Positions 37,041 through 50,915 of a DNA stretch of 64,000 nt are shown here, piece after piece. The translations under genes and the position numbers were made by a program. The stretch comes from Azolla caroliniana. Taxonomy: Eukaryota; Plantae; Polypodiophyta. How positions within the stretch are numbered: position 1 is the stretch's first letter; each line of letters opens with the position of its first letter. The stretch is from positions 9,424,001-9,488,000 of the forward strand of contig JBHGNT010000011.1 of assembly GCA_043228905.1 (NCBI GenBank), written 5' to 3'. The notes below the pieces were generated by a model that saw only the letters and a program-made list of their open reading frames with translations, was not told the DNA's origin and ran no database searches.

Positions 37041-38767
37041 ACGGTTTCAAGCAAGCACCGAGAGCATGGCATTTGAAGATAACCCACCATCCTCACCAAA
37101 TCGGCTTCAAAATGTCCAAGTCCAACAATTCTCTGTTCATTCGAAACGACTCCAAAGGACAACTATTCATCACAATCTATGTGGATGACTTGGTCATTGG
37201 AGGAGAGCACATTAGGGATATCACACATGCCAAGAAGCTACTCTTCGGCTGATTCGAAATGAAGGACATGAAGGAGCTCTATTACTTTCTAGGTATAGAA
37301 GTAATTCAGACTCCTGACAGCATCATGATCTCCCAACGACACGATATCCTCAATTTCCTCTTCAAGTTTGGGATGATAGTGCGTAAGTCCATCGCCACCC
37401 CTCTTGATCGAAATTTAAGGCTAGATGCCTATTCTGGCATAGAAGAGTGTGAGCCGACTTTCTATCGTCAGCTAGTCGGAAGCCTAATCTACCCCATTAT
37501 TACTCAACCTAACCTCAGTTACACAGTTGGCCTCTTTAGCCAGTTTATGTAGAAACCACGAAACATTCACTTAGATTGTGCTAAGCGAATGTTACGCAAT
37601 GTGAGTGGAACCATGGATTACAACATCCTCTACAAATCGACCACACCGATTCGACTCGAAGGGTACTTCGATGCCGATTGGGCCAGTTATAAAGCCGACA
37701 GACGATCAACATTAGGCTTCACCTTCTCCCTCGGCAGTAGAGCCATATCGTGGAGCAGTATGAAGCAGCCGATAGTTGCACTATCGAGCACAGACGCCGA
37801 ATACAAGGGCACAACTATTGCCGCATGTGAAGTCATTTGGTTGAAATGAATCTTGAAGGATCTGGGCGTTCCCATCAAAGATGTGATTCTCCTCTACTAT
37901 GACCACACAAGCAACATCCACTTGGCCTACAACCCAGTATTCCACGCTTGGACTAAACACATTGAGGTGCATTATCACTTTATTCGAGAGCATGTCCTGG
38001 CCGGAGATGTCGACTTGCAACACATCAACACAAACCTGCAAACAAACCCAGTTTTCCACGCTTGGACTAAGCACATTGAGGTGCATTATCACTTTATTCG
38101 AGAGTATGTCATGGCCGAGATGTCGACTTGCAACACATCAACACAAAACTGCAAACAACCGACATCTTCACAAAGGCCCTAGGAGTCGACAAGTTACTGA
38201 AGTTCACGATGAACCTAGGTCTCTCCACCATCTACCAGTCAAGCTTGAGGGGGAGTAAGGAGTAAGGAACCAACTGACATCCATTGGAGTTGGCTATCCG
38301 AAGCCGAAGCCGGAGTCGACTCAAAGCCGACCTAAAGACCATTGACCAATCCAAACCGACCATGTGGTGACTGGAAGTTGCATTTGAAGGGGCGCGCTGA
38401 GAACCCGGGGGCTTCACTGTCAAAATGTTGAGCGGACAAGCTCAACTGGATCCGGATTAGCTGAATAAACCGGAGCTGGATTGGTATCCGGAACGGAGAA
38501 CCGGATAGGTATTTGGAACCAAGAGCCGGATCGGATTGTAATCGGTAGGCCGTTAGAGGCCTACGGATCTAGCCTAGTACATGGCATATTCCTTGGAGTT
38601 AGTGTTAGTCGCTCGTATGAGCATTGAAGTATATGTCAGTACTTTTGTATGTCCTTTTAAGAACTTGTATAAAAATGTTCTATAGGACATTTTTATACAT
38701 AAAGTGTTATTATTTTGAATTGTTTTTCTGTTCTGCTCTCTCTCTCTCCCTTCCGTGTATTCAAGCG

Positions 38768-41167
38768 TCTACCAACGTCCGATTCTGATGTTCGGCCACG
38801 CCATTCTGCTCTGGCGTGTATCTGCAGGAGAACTCTCATCGGATTCCCTTGGTCTATAGATGAGTAGTGAACTGGCCGGAAAAGTAGTCTTTTCCGCCAT
38901 CTGATATCAGACACTTGATCTTCCTTCTGGTTTCTCGTTCGACATGATACTTTAGGTCTTGGAAGCATGAGAATACTTTGCTCTTCTTCTTGATCAAATA
39001 GATCTAAGTGTGCTGACTGAAATCGTTGATGAAGGAGACAAAATACCGACTCCTGCCGATGCTCCCATTTTGAGACAGTTCCCACACGTTCGAATGGATG
39101 AGATCGAGCCGATTCTGGATCTGATTCTTATCATTTGGGAATGGAAGCCTATGTTGCTTATCGAGCTGGCAAGATTCACATACTTGACCTTTTCGGGCAC
39201 TGAACTTCGGCAGTCCGGAAACCACGTGTTCCGACTGCATCTCCTGAAGCTTCTGGAAGTTGATGTGGCCAATCCGCTTATACCAGAGGTCGATGTCCGA
39301 CTCGACCTTATTCCCTTTCACAAACATAGTGTTGCCTACTTCATTGGTTTTGAGGATGAAAATTCTTCCATCTCGGTGCCCTTGTAGATGATCCGGCCTT
39401 CCTCCTCGATGAAGCATCCATGGTGAGTGAATCGAACCTGCATACCTTGATCTACGATCTAACCGACCGACACCAAGTTGTTGGTGATTGTTGGTACATG
39501 CAAGAAGCTTCTCATGATTCCCTTCTGACCAACATGGCTCAAAGGGACATCTCCGATGTGCACGATGGGATGTGGGGTGTCGTCCCAAGTTTCGACTACC
39601 CCCGACTTCTCCGGCTTCTCGAGAAAGGAGAACCACTGTTTGTGGTTCGTCATGTTGTTTGAAGCTCCATATTCCACATACTAAACTTCTTTTGACTTCG
39701 AGTCGGATACTCCCATCTGGTTGGCCTTATGCTTCATTACAAGGGCCGGTCCCGATCCCGCTCTCTTCGATCCTCCAGTGAAGTGTGATCGATGACACCT
39801 GTCCGCGTCTTCCCAGCTCGATCTGGCTTTGTCTGAATCAACACTCTTCTTCTAGCACTTGCTTTCTCTGTGGCCAGACAGTACTCACATTCCGTTTCGG
39901 CCTTTCCTTGCCAGTTTCTGGCTCTGCTTTGACTCCCCTTGTTTCCAAAGGGTTCAGAATTGTTGTCTGCACCATCTTTGCGCCTCCGATTCGGCTCTTG
40001 TTCACCACCTGCATTGCGTGCCAATCCACCTCAATTGCCACAACCACGGGGCCTCTCTTCGTCGATGCACCCACATGATTCTCCTCTACGAGCATTGACT
40101 GTAAGTCAAAAAACGAGGGCATACTCTCCCTTCTACATACTGCAGTCCGGCATGCCCTGAACTTCAATGCCAGTCCCTCGAGACAAACCTACACCATCTC
40201 ATCTTCCCCGATGGTCACGTTGATGGAGGCAAGTGAATCGTAGATGTCTTTGATCCGGGTCATGTAGTTAGCCATCGACATGTCCTTTTGTCGGACATTG
40301 CTCAACTCCTGCCGGAATTTCAGCTTCCGGGCCGTGGTGCTTGCGGCGAAGAACTTTTTCAGGTTTCCCCAAGCTTTCTTTCACATCTTGACGTCCTAGA
40401 TATGGCTGAGTAACTGATCACTGACACTAGACGTGAAGAAGTACATTACCCTACTTTCCGCTTGGTCCCAAGCCGGGAAGTCCCTATGTGCCGCATTAGG
40501 TGTCATATCGTTAGCTCCGTCGACATAACTCTAGTAACCATGCCCAAGCAGGTACTAGTGCATCTTGTATGACCACGATGCATAGTTGGATGTGTCAAGC
40601 TTCTCCGTCGAGAGCGAGCTAGCCATTCCTCGGTCCATTCTCTCCTTCATGTTCTTTATCGGGTGTTAGGGTTTGTCTGTGAGCGTCACTCGTTGGCAAC
40701 AGAGGATTCTCAACCCTCACTCTCTGATACCAAAATCGGCTAGTCTGGATAACAACAGAACACAAAATGGAGGTTTAATGGAAAGCTTGAATACATAGAA
40801 GAGACAAAGAGAGGAGAACAGTAAAAACTCAATTCAAAATAATAACACTCTGTGTATACAAATGTCCTACAAAACACTTTTTATACAAGACCTTAACATG
40901 ACTGATAGAGGTACTGACATGAACTTCAATGCTAATATGAGCGACTGACACTAACTCCAAGGAATATGTCTACGTACTAGGCTCGCACTGTATGCTCCAA
41001 CGACCTACCGGTTCTCACTATTTCGGAGTACGATCTGGTTCTCCGTTCCAGCTCTAGGTTCCGGATACCGATATATACGGACACCTATCCGGTTCTTTGT
41101 TCTGGATACCGATCCGGCTCTAGCTTATTTAGCCGATCTGGATCCAGTCAAGCATGCCCGCTCAACA
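38768..41167 (-). mobile_element. Copia 5' half (LTR about 40735-41167, PBS 40722-40732, gag-PR-INT start) inserted antisense into the LTR of a relative
   Basis: CTCTGATACCA PBS; GASNNMT, DIDLWYKRIGHIN and LIHSNVW motifs; 3' half missing. Confidence 0.85.
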
Positions 41168-42888
41168 CTTCCATTAAACCTTGTTTTCTATTTTTTGTTG
41201 CCATCTGGGTAAGCCGGTTTCATCTACAAGCTTCCGCATATTAATCTTTACATGGTATCAGAGCGTGAGGGTTGAGAACCTATGCTCCTGACAACTGCTC
41301 GAATCGGACAAACCCTAATCACCGGTAAAGAACAGAAGAGAGAAGAAGGATATGGACAAAAGCATGGCGAGCTCGCATCCTACAGAGAAGCTCTACTGGA
41401 GCAACTATATGTCCTGGTCATATAAAATGCAAAACGACTTGCTAGGGCATGGGTACGGGAGGTACGTGGAAGGAGAAAATGAAGCATCGCCGGATTTGGC
41501 ACACAAGGACTTCCCCGTATGGGAGCAAGGAGCGAGGAGGGTGTTGTACTACATCGTGTCTTGTGTGCACGACCAGATGTTTGGCAACATTAGAGATACA
41601 AAGTCACCGAAGGAGGCCTGGGAAAATCTCTAGAAGGTTTTCGCCGCAAGTACCACCGCTCGAAAGTTGAAGCTCTAGCAAGAGCTCAACAGTATCCGGT
41701 AATGGGACATGATGGTTACCGACTATACCACCAAGATCAAGGAGATCTGCGATGCACTCGGGTCCATCAACGTGACGATGGACGAGGACGAGATGGTTCA
41801 GATCTGCCTCGGTGGTCTAGCACAACGGTACGGGCCAATCTGGACGGCGATTTGCACTCGGGAGAAGCCATCATCTTTCTTCGACCTGCAATGAATGCGA
41901 GTGGATTAAGGATTACTCAATCAGATAGCCGGATGGTACACGGAGGTGGATCGGCCTCGTGGGCATGCAGGATGAGGTGGGTCAACACGCAATAGTGGCG
42001 GCCGGCAGGAGCGGAACCGGAGGCACAAAGATAGTGCTGACAGCAGTTCTAGACCCTCCACAAATAGGGGCAATCAAATTGGCGCTGGAAATCGGCAAGC
42101 GAAGACTGACACAGAATGTTGGTTCATGGCAAGAAGGGTCATCGGGAGAGTGAGTGTTGGAAGAAGTGTGCTGATTCAAATAAATCTGGATCTGGCAAGA
42201 TCAAACAAGGGAACTGGCAAAGCTTACACTACGTTGAAGGATCAGAAGGATCTGGGACCGGAAATACTAGAGAAGGACTAGCCTTTGTGATGAAACGCAA
42301 GGCGAACTCGATGAAGAAGACCAATTCCAGATCAGAGGAAGTGTGGTACGCTGACTCCAGAGCGTCTAACCACATGACGAGCCATGAAGAGTGGTTCTCA
42401 TTTTTGGAAAAACTAGAGCAACCGGGAGTTGTCGAAACCAAAGACGACACTCCTCACCCTATTCAACATGTCAGAGGAGTTCCCCTCAGCCATGTTAGAC
42501 AAAGAGGGAAGCTCATGAACGTGTTGCATGTTCCGACAATTACGAAGAACTTGGTGTTAGTTGAATAGATCGTCGACCAGGGGATGCAGGTGCGGTTCAC
42601 ACATCTTGGTTGCTTCCTCAAGGAAGAGGGTCAAGTCATCGTGCAAGGGTGCCAAGATGGGAGGATGTTCATCCTCGACACCAACGACGTCGGCACCTCT
42701 TTATTTGCAAAGGGTCAAAAAGTCAAGTTGGATATCGACTTATGGCACAAAGGGAATCAGACACATCAACTATCAGAGGCTTCAAGACCTGCAATCGAAA
42801 CAACTTGTTTTCAGATTGCCGAAATTCCGTGGCCGCAAGGCGCAAATTTGTGAAGCTTTCTAGCTTGGGAAGCAGCACCGGCTTCCGT

Positions 42889-45800
42889 TGTCGGGGTAGT
42901 TGTGGTTCGTGTGGCGAAGTCACAGGGACGGGAGTTGAAGGAGTTTTTATAAGGCTTGCGCACAAATGTTAGGAAGATTAAGGATAAGAAGAATAAGAGT
43001 TTAAAGTAGTATGTGAGAGAGAGAGACGAGTATAGATAAAAGATATAGACAATGTATGATTCAGGAAGCAAGATAGAGACAAAGTATGATTTAAGAAAAA
43101 AAAGTATATGATATGAACATGATGTATATTAGAAATACCAGATTTTACCAACTTTACAATGCTTGATAGCAAGATGAAGTCTTTCTCTACCGACTCTTGA
43201 TTCGAACCCTTGACTATAACTTGGAAACACGAACCTCTTCACCAACAAGCTAACTTATTTGTTTGATTATATTATTCTCTAACTTTCTCTTGATTGATTC
43301 CCCTCTTGTTTTCCTTGCCCCTCTTTATATAAGTATTGTCATGCATATGGTAATGTGTGGGAGGATGGCATGCATGCAATGCATGACTTTCATCTGATGC
43401 ATGATCGCCATTTGGCGTACATGCATTACATGTGATGCATGATAACCATCATGTTCATTTGAGCTCTCATGTATGAAAATAGATATAGGATAAGTACAAT
43501 GATGGATACCTTGTGCTTGCTATACAAGGTTGAGGGTTCAAGTCTCTCAATTTTACTCCATACAACATTTAGCTTCATTCTTATATCATGAAGCATTTTC
43601 TTTATAATACCTTAAATAAACTGCCTAACCTAGGGGTATGTATATTGTACTTCATATGTAAGGGTGTGGGTTCAAGTCTCTAAAATACTATTAAAGACAA
43701 TTTAAGTTCACTTTTATATTGTGAAGCACATTCTTCACGACACCCACCCCCTCTGAACTTGTACATTGGTTGTGCAGAGTTCATCCAACACTTCATCCGA
43801 TTCTTTTAGTTCTTCTACTTCTTCATAAAATTCGGGCTCTAGTGACTCCCTCCTTTTAAATAGTTTAATCCTTTTTACTGCAATTGGGATACAAATTTCT
43901 GTCCCATCTAATTCATTGAGGAAATATGTGGCCTTATCTATTATTTTCCTAACTTCATAAGGTCCAAACCAACTTTTTGTGAACTTCTGAATAGTACTAT
44001 ATTGATTATTTAGGCTACTATCATATACTAATACCCAATCTCCCTCTTGCACCTTCCTTAGTTGTATTCTTTTTATCTTGTCAAATCTGACCTTATTCTT
44101 GATTCTTGTCTCTTTCAATCTAGTAGTTGCTTTTTCTATGTCTTCTGTCCTAGATTGAAGTTGTCGTATCCGAATAGCAAGTAAATCTTCCCTACTCATT
44201 TCTAATTCCCAAGGCAACACAACCCATGTAATTATCTTTTCTTCAATTGGCATTATCGGTTTCTATCCTGTGATTAATTTTGTAGGCATATATCTAGTAA
44301 CAGTGCTATGAGTTGTCCTATCAGCCCATACTGCATAGGGTAAGACTTTTGGCCAATCACTGACCGTCCTTTACATACCTTTGCTAAAGATTTTAGTATG
44401 GGTCCATGTCCCCTTTCTATCTTTCCATTACCTTCCGGATTGTATGTCGTTGTCAAAGATAGCCGAATCCCTATTTTGTCGAAAAAATCTTGAGCTTCTA
44501 CAGAATTGAGCTCTCCCTTATCTGCTACTATCTTCCTAATACATCCATATCTACAAACAATGTCCTCCAAGATGAATTGACATACTCCTAATGTCCATTT
44601 TGTTCGCAGTGCACGTCCTTCCACTTAATTTGTTAGATCTTCTCTTGCAAGAACCAAGCATCTCTTTTGTCCTACTCCAAGTGGCATTGTTACCAAATCT
44701 ATGATCCACTTGTAATGCAACCCCGATGAGTATGTTGGGTGTAACTCGTCACAAAATTTTACATTTGAATAATATTGACAAGTGGGACAAGTTTCCACAT
44801 ACTTTTTTATTTGCTCATAGTATCGAGGCCACCAAAACCGTTCTTTAATCTTATTGAAAGTGGCCCACACTCCTCGATGACCAACCCATTCTTTGTCATG
44901 CAGCTCTCTGATTATCTTCGTTCTTTGCCCTTCAGAACCTATTACTCTTTGCGGGTTTCCAATCTTGGTTTTCGGATGTCGCCATAGATATTCTTCATGT
45001 AGGAAGAACTTATGGGCTTTCTTGCGAAACTATGCGAACTCTTTTCCAAACCGATCTTTATACTTGTCAGGGGTTTGTAGATACTTCCCTATTTCCTTGA
45101 ATTCTACTTCATACTCCTCTTCTAGAAACTGCATTCCTCCTTCCCGGGTAATGCTTTTGGTGAAGAATGTTTGTTCTTTGTCCTCATCGTCCAAGTCTGG
45201 AATCTCCTCTTCCTTATACCTTTCTCTTGATAACATATCTGCTACTGCATTTATATTCCCAGAGATATGTCTAACTTCAGGGTTGACTGATCTAATATAG
45301 ATACACCATCTTAACATGGCTTGATTTGGAATATTACAATTAGCTATGATACCAAGAATAGGTAAACAATCTATTTCTATTATTACTTCAGCACCAATTA
45401 GTAATCTCTATCTGTCTTAACTGTTGTTACTACCCTGCATAGCTCTCTTTTGACCTGTGCATATTTTCTTTGTTGACCACTAAGAACCTTCGCTCCGAAT
45501 CGGACTGGATACCTTTCTTCCCCATTTTGTTGGCTTATTACCCATCCAATTCCAATGGGACTGGAGTCTACTGTGAGATATATGGGCTGGGTGTAGTTAG
45601 GTTGATTTAATAGTGGAACTTGTGCCAAGTAAGACTTCAATTTCCTCATTGCCTCCGAATGCTCTTCACTCCATTCAAATGTTTCTCCTTTTCTTGGGAG
45701 TTTGTATAAAGGTTCAGATAAATGGGCATACTGCGGAATCCATCTACAATAAAAAACACATACCCCTAGAAACCTTCGTACATCTGAGATGGATGTACAT

Positions 45801-48124
45801 TCCTCTTGCATGTTTTGAATTGCATTGACCTTGGTGGGGGATGGCTTTCTCCCATATGGGCCACACAGATGACCAACTATTAATATCTCTTTTGCCCCAA
45901 ATATTGATTTCGCCCCTGATAAGGTCAAATGCACTTCTTCCATCCTTGATAGTATCTTCTCACAATCCTTGATATGGTCGGCAACCATCTTCATCCAATT
46001 CCTCATTCTTCTCTTCCTCCTTGCATCCCTTAATCGGAACATCATCTAAAAAAAGCATTGTAATATGAGGAATAAAATCACGAAGTACCTTGTTCATTCC
46101 ATTCATCATATACGCCACTGAGTTGGTCGCTCCTTGCGGCAAGGTACACATCTGTACTAACCCTATAGGTGTCTTGATATAAGTAATATCTCGACTTTTG
46201 ATAGCAAGTTGAAATTGATCATACCCGGAATAAAGGTCTCCCATTGAATATATAGCTCTTCTTGCAAACATCTCAGCAAACTCATCCACAACTGGCCCTA
46301 CTCCCGAGTTTCGGATTTTTACCTTATTCATGGGTTGCATATCTTGGATAAATCGGAGCCGTCCATCTTTCTTTAACATAGTGAACCATTGCCTCGAGTA
46401 AGGAGTGTTCGATGGTTCCAAGATACCCATCCTTATTTTTTCTTTCAGAAGTTCTAATTGTTGAGGGATTCTAGCCCTAGGCATGGGTATTGTCTTAAAG
46501 TTCCATGGAATATGAGGGATAGTGAATATAATTATGGGCTCTATAATTCCTGGATCCACACACCCTATTTCCTCAGGTTAGAACGCGAACGCCTTTCCAT
46601 GCCTTTTTAACATCTCCCTGAATTGCTTTTCTTCAACTGGTAATAGGAAGTCACCCCCTCCTATTTTCATCCCTTGTATTGTTTTTGGAGTAAACACATG
46701 TCCCACCTTTCTTGGGTCTCTAATCATTGGCTCAGTGGCTGCTTCTTTGATTGCCCTTTCACCATCCCCAGGAAGTGGAGCAGCAATAGGATGAACCTTC
46801 TTCTCTACTGTTTTGTACTTTGTTAAGACATGTGCCTCATGATCCTTTTGAGCAACTTCTTCAATGACCTCGTACATCTTGATCGAATGGATAGGAACTT
46901 GACTTTTGTTGTCTTCCTCCATTGCTTCCAGATGAGTTATTGTATCTTCAAAACTTAATTCTTCAAACATATCTTGAATTTCTTCATCATCATCTATTAA
47001 TCTAGAACACGTAAAGTACTCGGAAGCATTTTGTATTTTATTATTATCTACTTTTAGCATAAAAGTAGCACCACTAGATGAGATTGTACAAGGAATATCT
47101 TTATTTACATTATTATTTATGGGGTTTTCTTTCATGTTCCGGCCTATCATAGCCCCTACCTGTAAAAGCCCTATCTAAAAATCCTGGGAAAATTCTTCAT
47201 CCACATCCCGAACTAGATGTTCCGTCAAGCATTCTTTATTTCTTTCGTGGTTGGGCCTCACGGTTAAGAATTGGACTGTCTTTCTTCCATCTTGACTCTT
47301 GATTCTCGCGAAAGCCGAACCATCATCAATCACCTTTGTTTCCATCTTGATTGCGGTGATGTAAGTCTGACCAAGGATGATGGGGTAGGTTGATCGATCC
47401 TGCACAAAGAAATTTTGATTCACCGACACATCACCAATTGTTACCTTCATGTTGGGGCATGCTCTGAATAGATCCTCCGTAGTCTCTGTGGCAGCTCTTA
47501 TCTTCCACCCATGATTCTTGTCGATCGGCCACCGTTCTTGAGCGTAAAATTCCGACGACATCATGTTAATCTTGAATCCATGATCAATCAAAGCAATACA
47601 TGGAATTTGTTGCTCCCCAATTTTTGCAGGTGCCTCCGTTGTTGCTCGAGCCCAATGGTCCCTTGTATAGTGACTCCTATCCTCTTCATGAACCCCAACA
47701 TCATTTATGTTTTTTACACTTGTAGCGTTAATGGTGCCACCATACAAATCTCGAAGTGTTGCTCCACACCCTCTCGTAACTTCCTCCGTCACTTGTCTCT
47801 TTCTCTAATAATATCTATGATAACTTCATGAAATTCTTTCTTTGCTATACCCAACACTTCTCTTAAAGTAAATTTGACCTTACTATTTAATATTCTTGTT
47901 TCTAGTACCTTTTTTATATCCGTCGTTGTTTCTATGTCTGAGGCAAGCTTGAAAGATGGACCTGCCTTCCCTTTTACTTTATCAACTTCCTTCGGCTCAG
48001 TAGCACCCTTTTCCATCTCCCTTCTCTTCTGTTCTCGTGTCTCATGCCTCTTTGTCGGATCAGCTTCCTTAGCTCTCTTCCGCTTCTCTTCCATTAGCAC
48101 ATCTTGTGCATTCACTTGGGCGAA
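42889..48124 (-). mobile_element. Non-chromovirus Gypsy, 5'-truncated: gag end, PR, RT, RNaseH, INT, PPT 43743-43754, 3' LTR 42889-43742
   Basis: ALIDHGFKINMM; GDLYSGYDQF, LPQGATNS, FLDDV; LTVDSSPIGIG; YNPEGNGKIERGH; WFGPY; no chromodomain. The protease is homologous to that of the 33312-37040 element. Confidence 0.9.
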
Positions 48125-48390
48125 TGTTGATAGCGCAATGGTTGTTGTAGTTAGTTAATGAAGAGAGAGGGTGACTATATATAAAGCACCCTCCTCGCAC
48201 TTCATATTAAGTCGGTTGTGACTCTTTGTTATGTTACATTTTGTAATTCTCATTCTAATTGTGAAATATACACCTTCTTCTTAAGTATTCTATTTTCCTC
48301 TCATTTATCTATCTTGAGTTCTCTTTTCTCTCCTCTCTTTTCCTCTCACACATATATGCACATAACGCAGATCTATTCCGCTACACAAGA
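48125..48390 (+). mobile_element. Copia LTR fragment
   Basis: Starts TGTTGA; GAGAGGGTGACTATATATAAAGCACCCTCCTC resembles the TATA region of LTR 28690-29073. Right end uncertain. Confidence 0.55.
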
Positions 48391-49912
48391 ATCACCATTG
48401 ATTTTTTACAACAGGAAACAGAGAGAAAGTAATTCTACAGTTACTTGCAACAGAAGGGAATTCAGCGAGAATTCAGTTGCAGATACACACCGGAACAAAA
48501 CGGTGGGACCAAAAGGAAGAATCGGTCGATTGTGGAGGCGGCACGGGCGATGCTGGAGGAGAAGAGCATGCCCAAGTTCTACTAGGTCGAGGCCACTCGG
48601 ACGACCATCTACATCCAAAACCGGATCGGGGATAATGTGTCAACACATGAGCTGTATTTCAGGTGGAAGCGGATATTCGGTAGCATAGCCTATGTGCATG
48701 TACCAGATGAGAAGCAGAGAAAGTTGGATCTGACATCAGATAAGTGTATCCTTGTCGGCTACTCACATGAGCAAAAGGGTTATAAGTGTTAAAACCCCCA
48801 AACAAAACAAGTTCGAGTGAGCCAAGATGTCGAATTTTACGAGTCAGCATAATGGTACACCCTACTGACTCCGACCCCCGATTCCAGAGAATGAGGCCAG
48901 TGAGTCCGAAACTATTTGGGCAGAAGAGGAGAAAGGAGTCGGCAATCTAGACGAGAGTCCGATCTCATTCTGGCTAAGCGGGCCGAATGAGCGACTGAGT
49001 CAAATAGACCAGTCACATGAAGAGTCGGCGAGTAGTGGAGACTTAGCCGTGCTTTCCCTGCGTAAGGAACCAAGGAGACGGTTCACGCGCAAAGAAAAAG
49101 GGAAGAAGAAGATGACGGAATACAACACCGAGAAGGAAGAGTTGGATCAGAGTGTATTTGACTCAAGAAAGAACGAAGATGGACCTTCGGGAACAAAGTC
49201 CGAGTTGGCCAAAAGGGCCTCGAAATCGGGTAACGAGAAGTTATGTTCATCAACCCGCTAAAAGAACCCTGTAAAACAGTATGGATGCAATGAGTACATA
49301 GAACATCACTATGCGTACATGACAAAAGTGGCAGAAGTGCGTGAGTTGGAGAGCTACACAAATGTGGCAAAGGATAGGCAATGGCGAGCTGCAATGTGGG
49401 AAGAAATGCTGACACTCAATGTCAACGACACATGGGACCTAGTTGAGCCTCCCCGACATTGCAAACCGATCGGCTGCAAATGGGAGTTGAAGGTGAAATA
49501 CAATGCCGACGGTTCGGTCAACCGGCTAGTCGCCAAAGGATATGTGCAGACCCACATAATCGACTACGAAGAAACCTTCGCTTTGGTAGTGAAGATGACA
49601 ACGGTTCCTGTGGTGTTAGCGGTTGTTGCGGCAAAGGGGTGGCATCTTTATCAAATGGATGTCAAGAATGCATTTCTTCAAGGTGATCTTGAAAAATAGG
49701 TCTAAATGATCTAGCCCCCCGATTTTCAGTCGGAGATGAACAAGTCGGTAGTGTGCCGACTCAAGAAGTCACTTTATGGCTTGAAGCAAGCCCCCTGAGC
49801 TTGGAATTCGAAGATCACACACCTATTGCATAAGATGGTGTTTGCGGCCTCGAAGTCAGACTCTTCGTTGTTCATCCGTAAAGGTTCGGAAGGTCCGATA
49901 TATATCTTGTTA

Positions 49913-50390
49913 TGTTGGGATTTCGGTACCACCGGATGGGATCTTGAGAATCGGGTGTAGAAGACATATCTGTAAATATGCTTATGAGTAAGCCCATTGA
50001 GGCTATATTTGTAAATAGACCTAAGTTCATATAAGTGTAAATATGACTTAGGGCAATCACTTTATGTGTTGTTATTGTTGTTGTAATTGTTGTATAGAGA
50101 GAGCGACAGAGTGAGAGGGAGTTAGAAAGAGATACAAAGCGATACTCTGTTGTAACCGCCAAAAACAGAGCTCGAGGTCGTTGCCTCCGAGTCTCTGATT
50201 GTACCCGTTCTCTTTATAGTGATAGTTCAAAGTCTGTGGGCTTCCGTGGTTTTTCCCTATTAGGGTTTTCCATGTAAAAATCTTGTGTCATTTTCTTGTG
50301 TGCTCTCCATTTCCATTTTTGTGTTTGATTCTTACAGAAGCGATTAACTACTCGGTTGTTGTCGATCGATATTCTGTGCATTTCACTACA
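49913..50390 (+). mobile_element. Copia solo LTR (family of LTR 162-965)
   Basis: TG..CA ends; 5-bp TSD TGTTA; host RT GPIYILL|YVNDL is restored on removal. Confidence 0.93.
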
Positions 50391-50915
50391 TGTTATATGT
50401 GAATGATCTAGTAATCACTGGACCCAGCGTCGTTGAAATCGGCCACGTGAAGTCCAAGCTGTCGAATGCATTTCAAATGAAGAACCTCGGGGACCTTCAT
50501 TATTTCCTCGGGATCGAAGTGATCCACACCCCCGATAGCATATTGTTGTCTCAACAACATTATGTGCTAAATATGTTGTACAAGTTCGGCATGACCGATT
50601 TCCGACTAGTGTCCACACCCCTAGACCGGAACTTGAAGCTTCGTCCCGACTCTAGACCAGCCTGCAATGAGGAACGATTCCAACAAATTGTCAGAAGCCT
50701 TTTTACTTAACTATCACCCAACCTGACATCAACTATCCGGTCGGGACGATAAGTCAATTTATCCAGAAACCGATCGTAGAGCACCTTTAGTACACGCATT
50801 GAATACTAAAATATGTAAGCGGCACTAAGGATCGGGGAAAGTTATATCGACACGGTATACCCGAAAAGCTAGTCAAATATACGAATGCCGATTGGGCCAG
50901 TGATGCGTCGAATCG

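Larger units (their letters stand above)
28690..38425 (+). mobile_element. Decayed Copia hosting two nested insertions; matching 3' LTR not seen
   Basis: 5' LTR 28690-29073; PBS at 29074; gag from 29233; WFVDSSASNHM; RT reads across the insertion (AIYG|FKQAPRAW); RNaseH to about 38256. Confidence 0.88.
38426..50915 (+). mobile_element. Decayed Copia, multiply interrupted (5' LTR split into 38426-38767 and 41168-41252; PBS at 41253; gag-PR 41352-42888; INT-RT about 48430-50915)
   Basis: The two LTR halves join as ...TATTCAAGC|CTTCCATTAAACC, matching the LTR at about 40735-41167. Copia motifs are collinear. That the part after 48430 belongs to the same element is an inference. Confidence 0.75.

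Noticed and set aside
43190-43256. Functional tRNA gene
   Set aside because: Acceptor and anticodon stems do not pair; reported only as a tRNA-like module.
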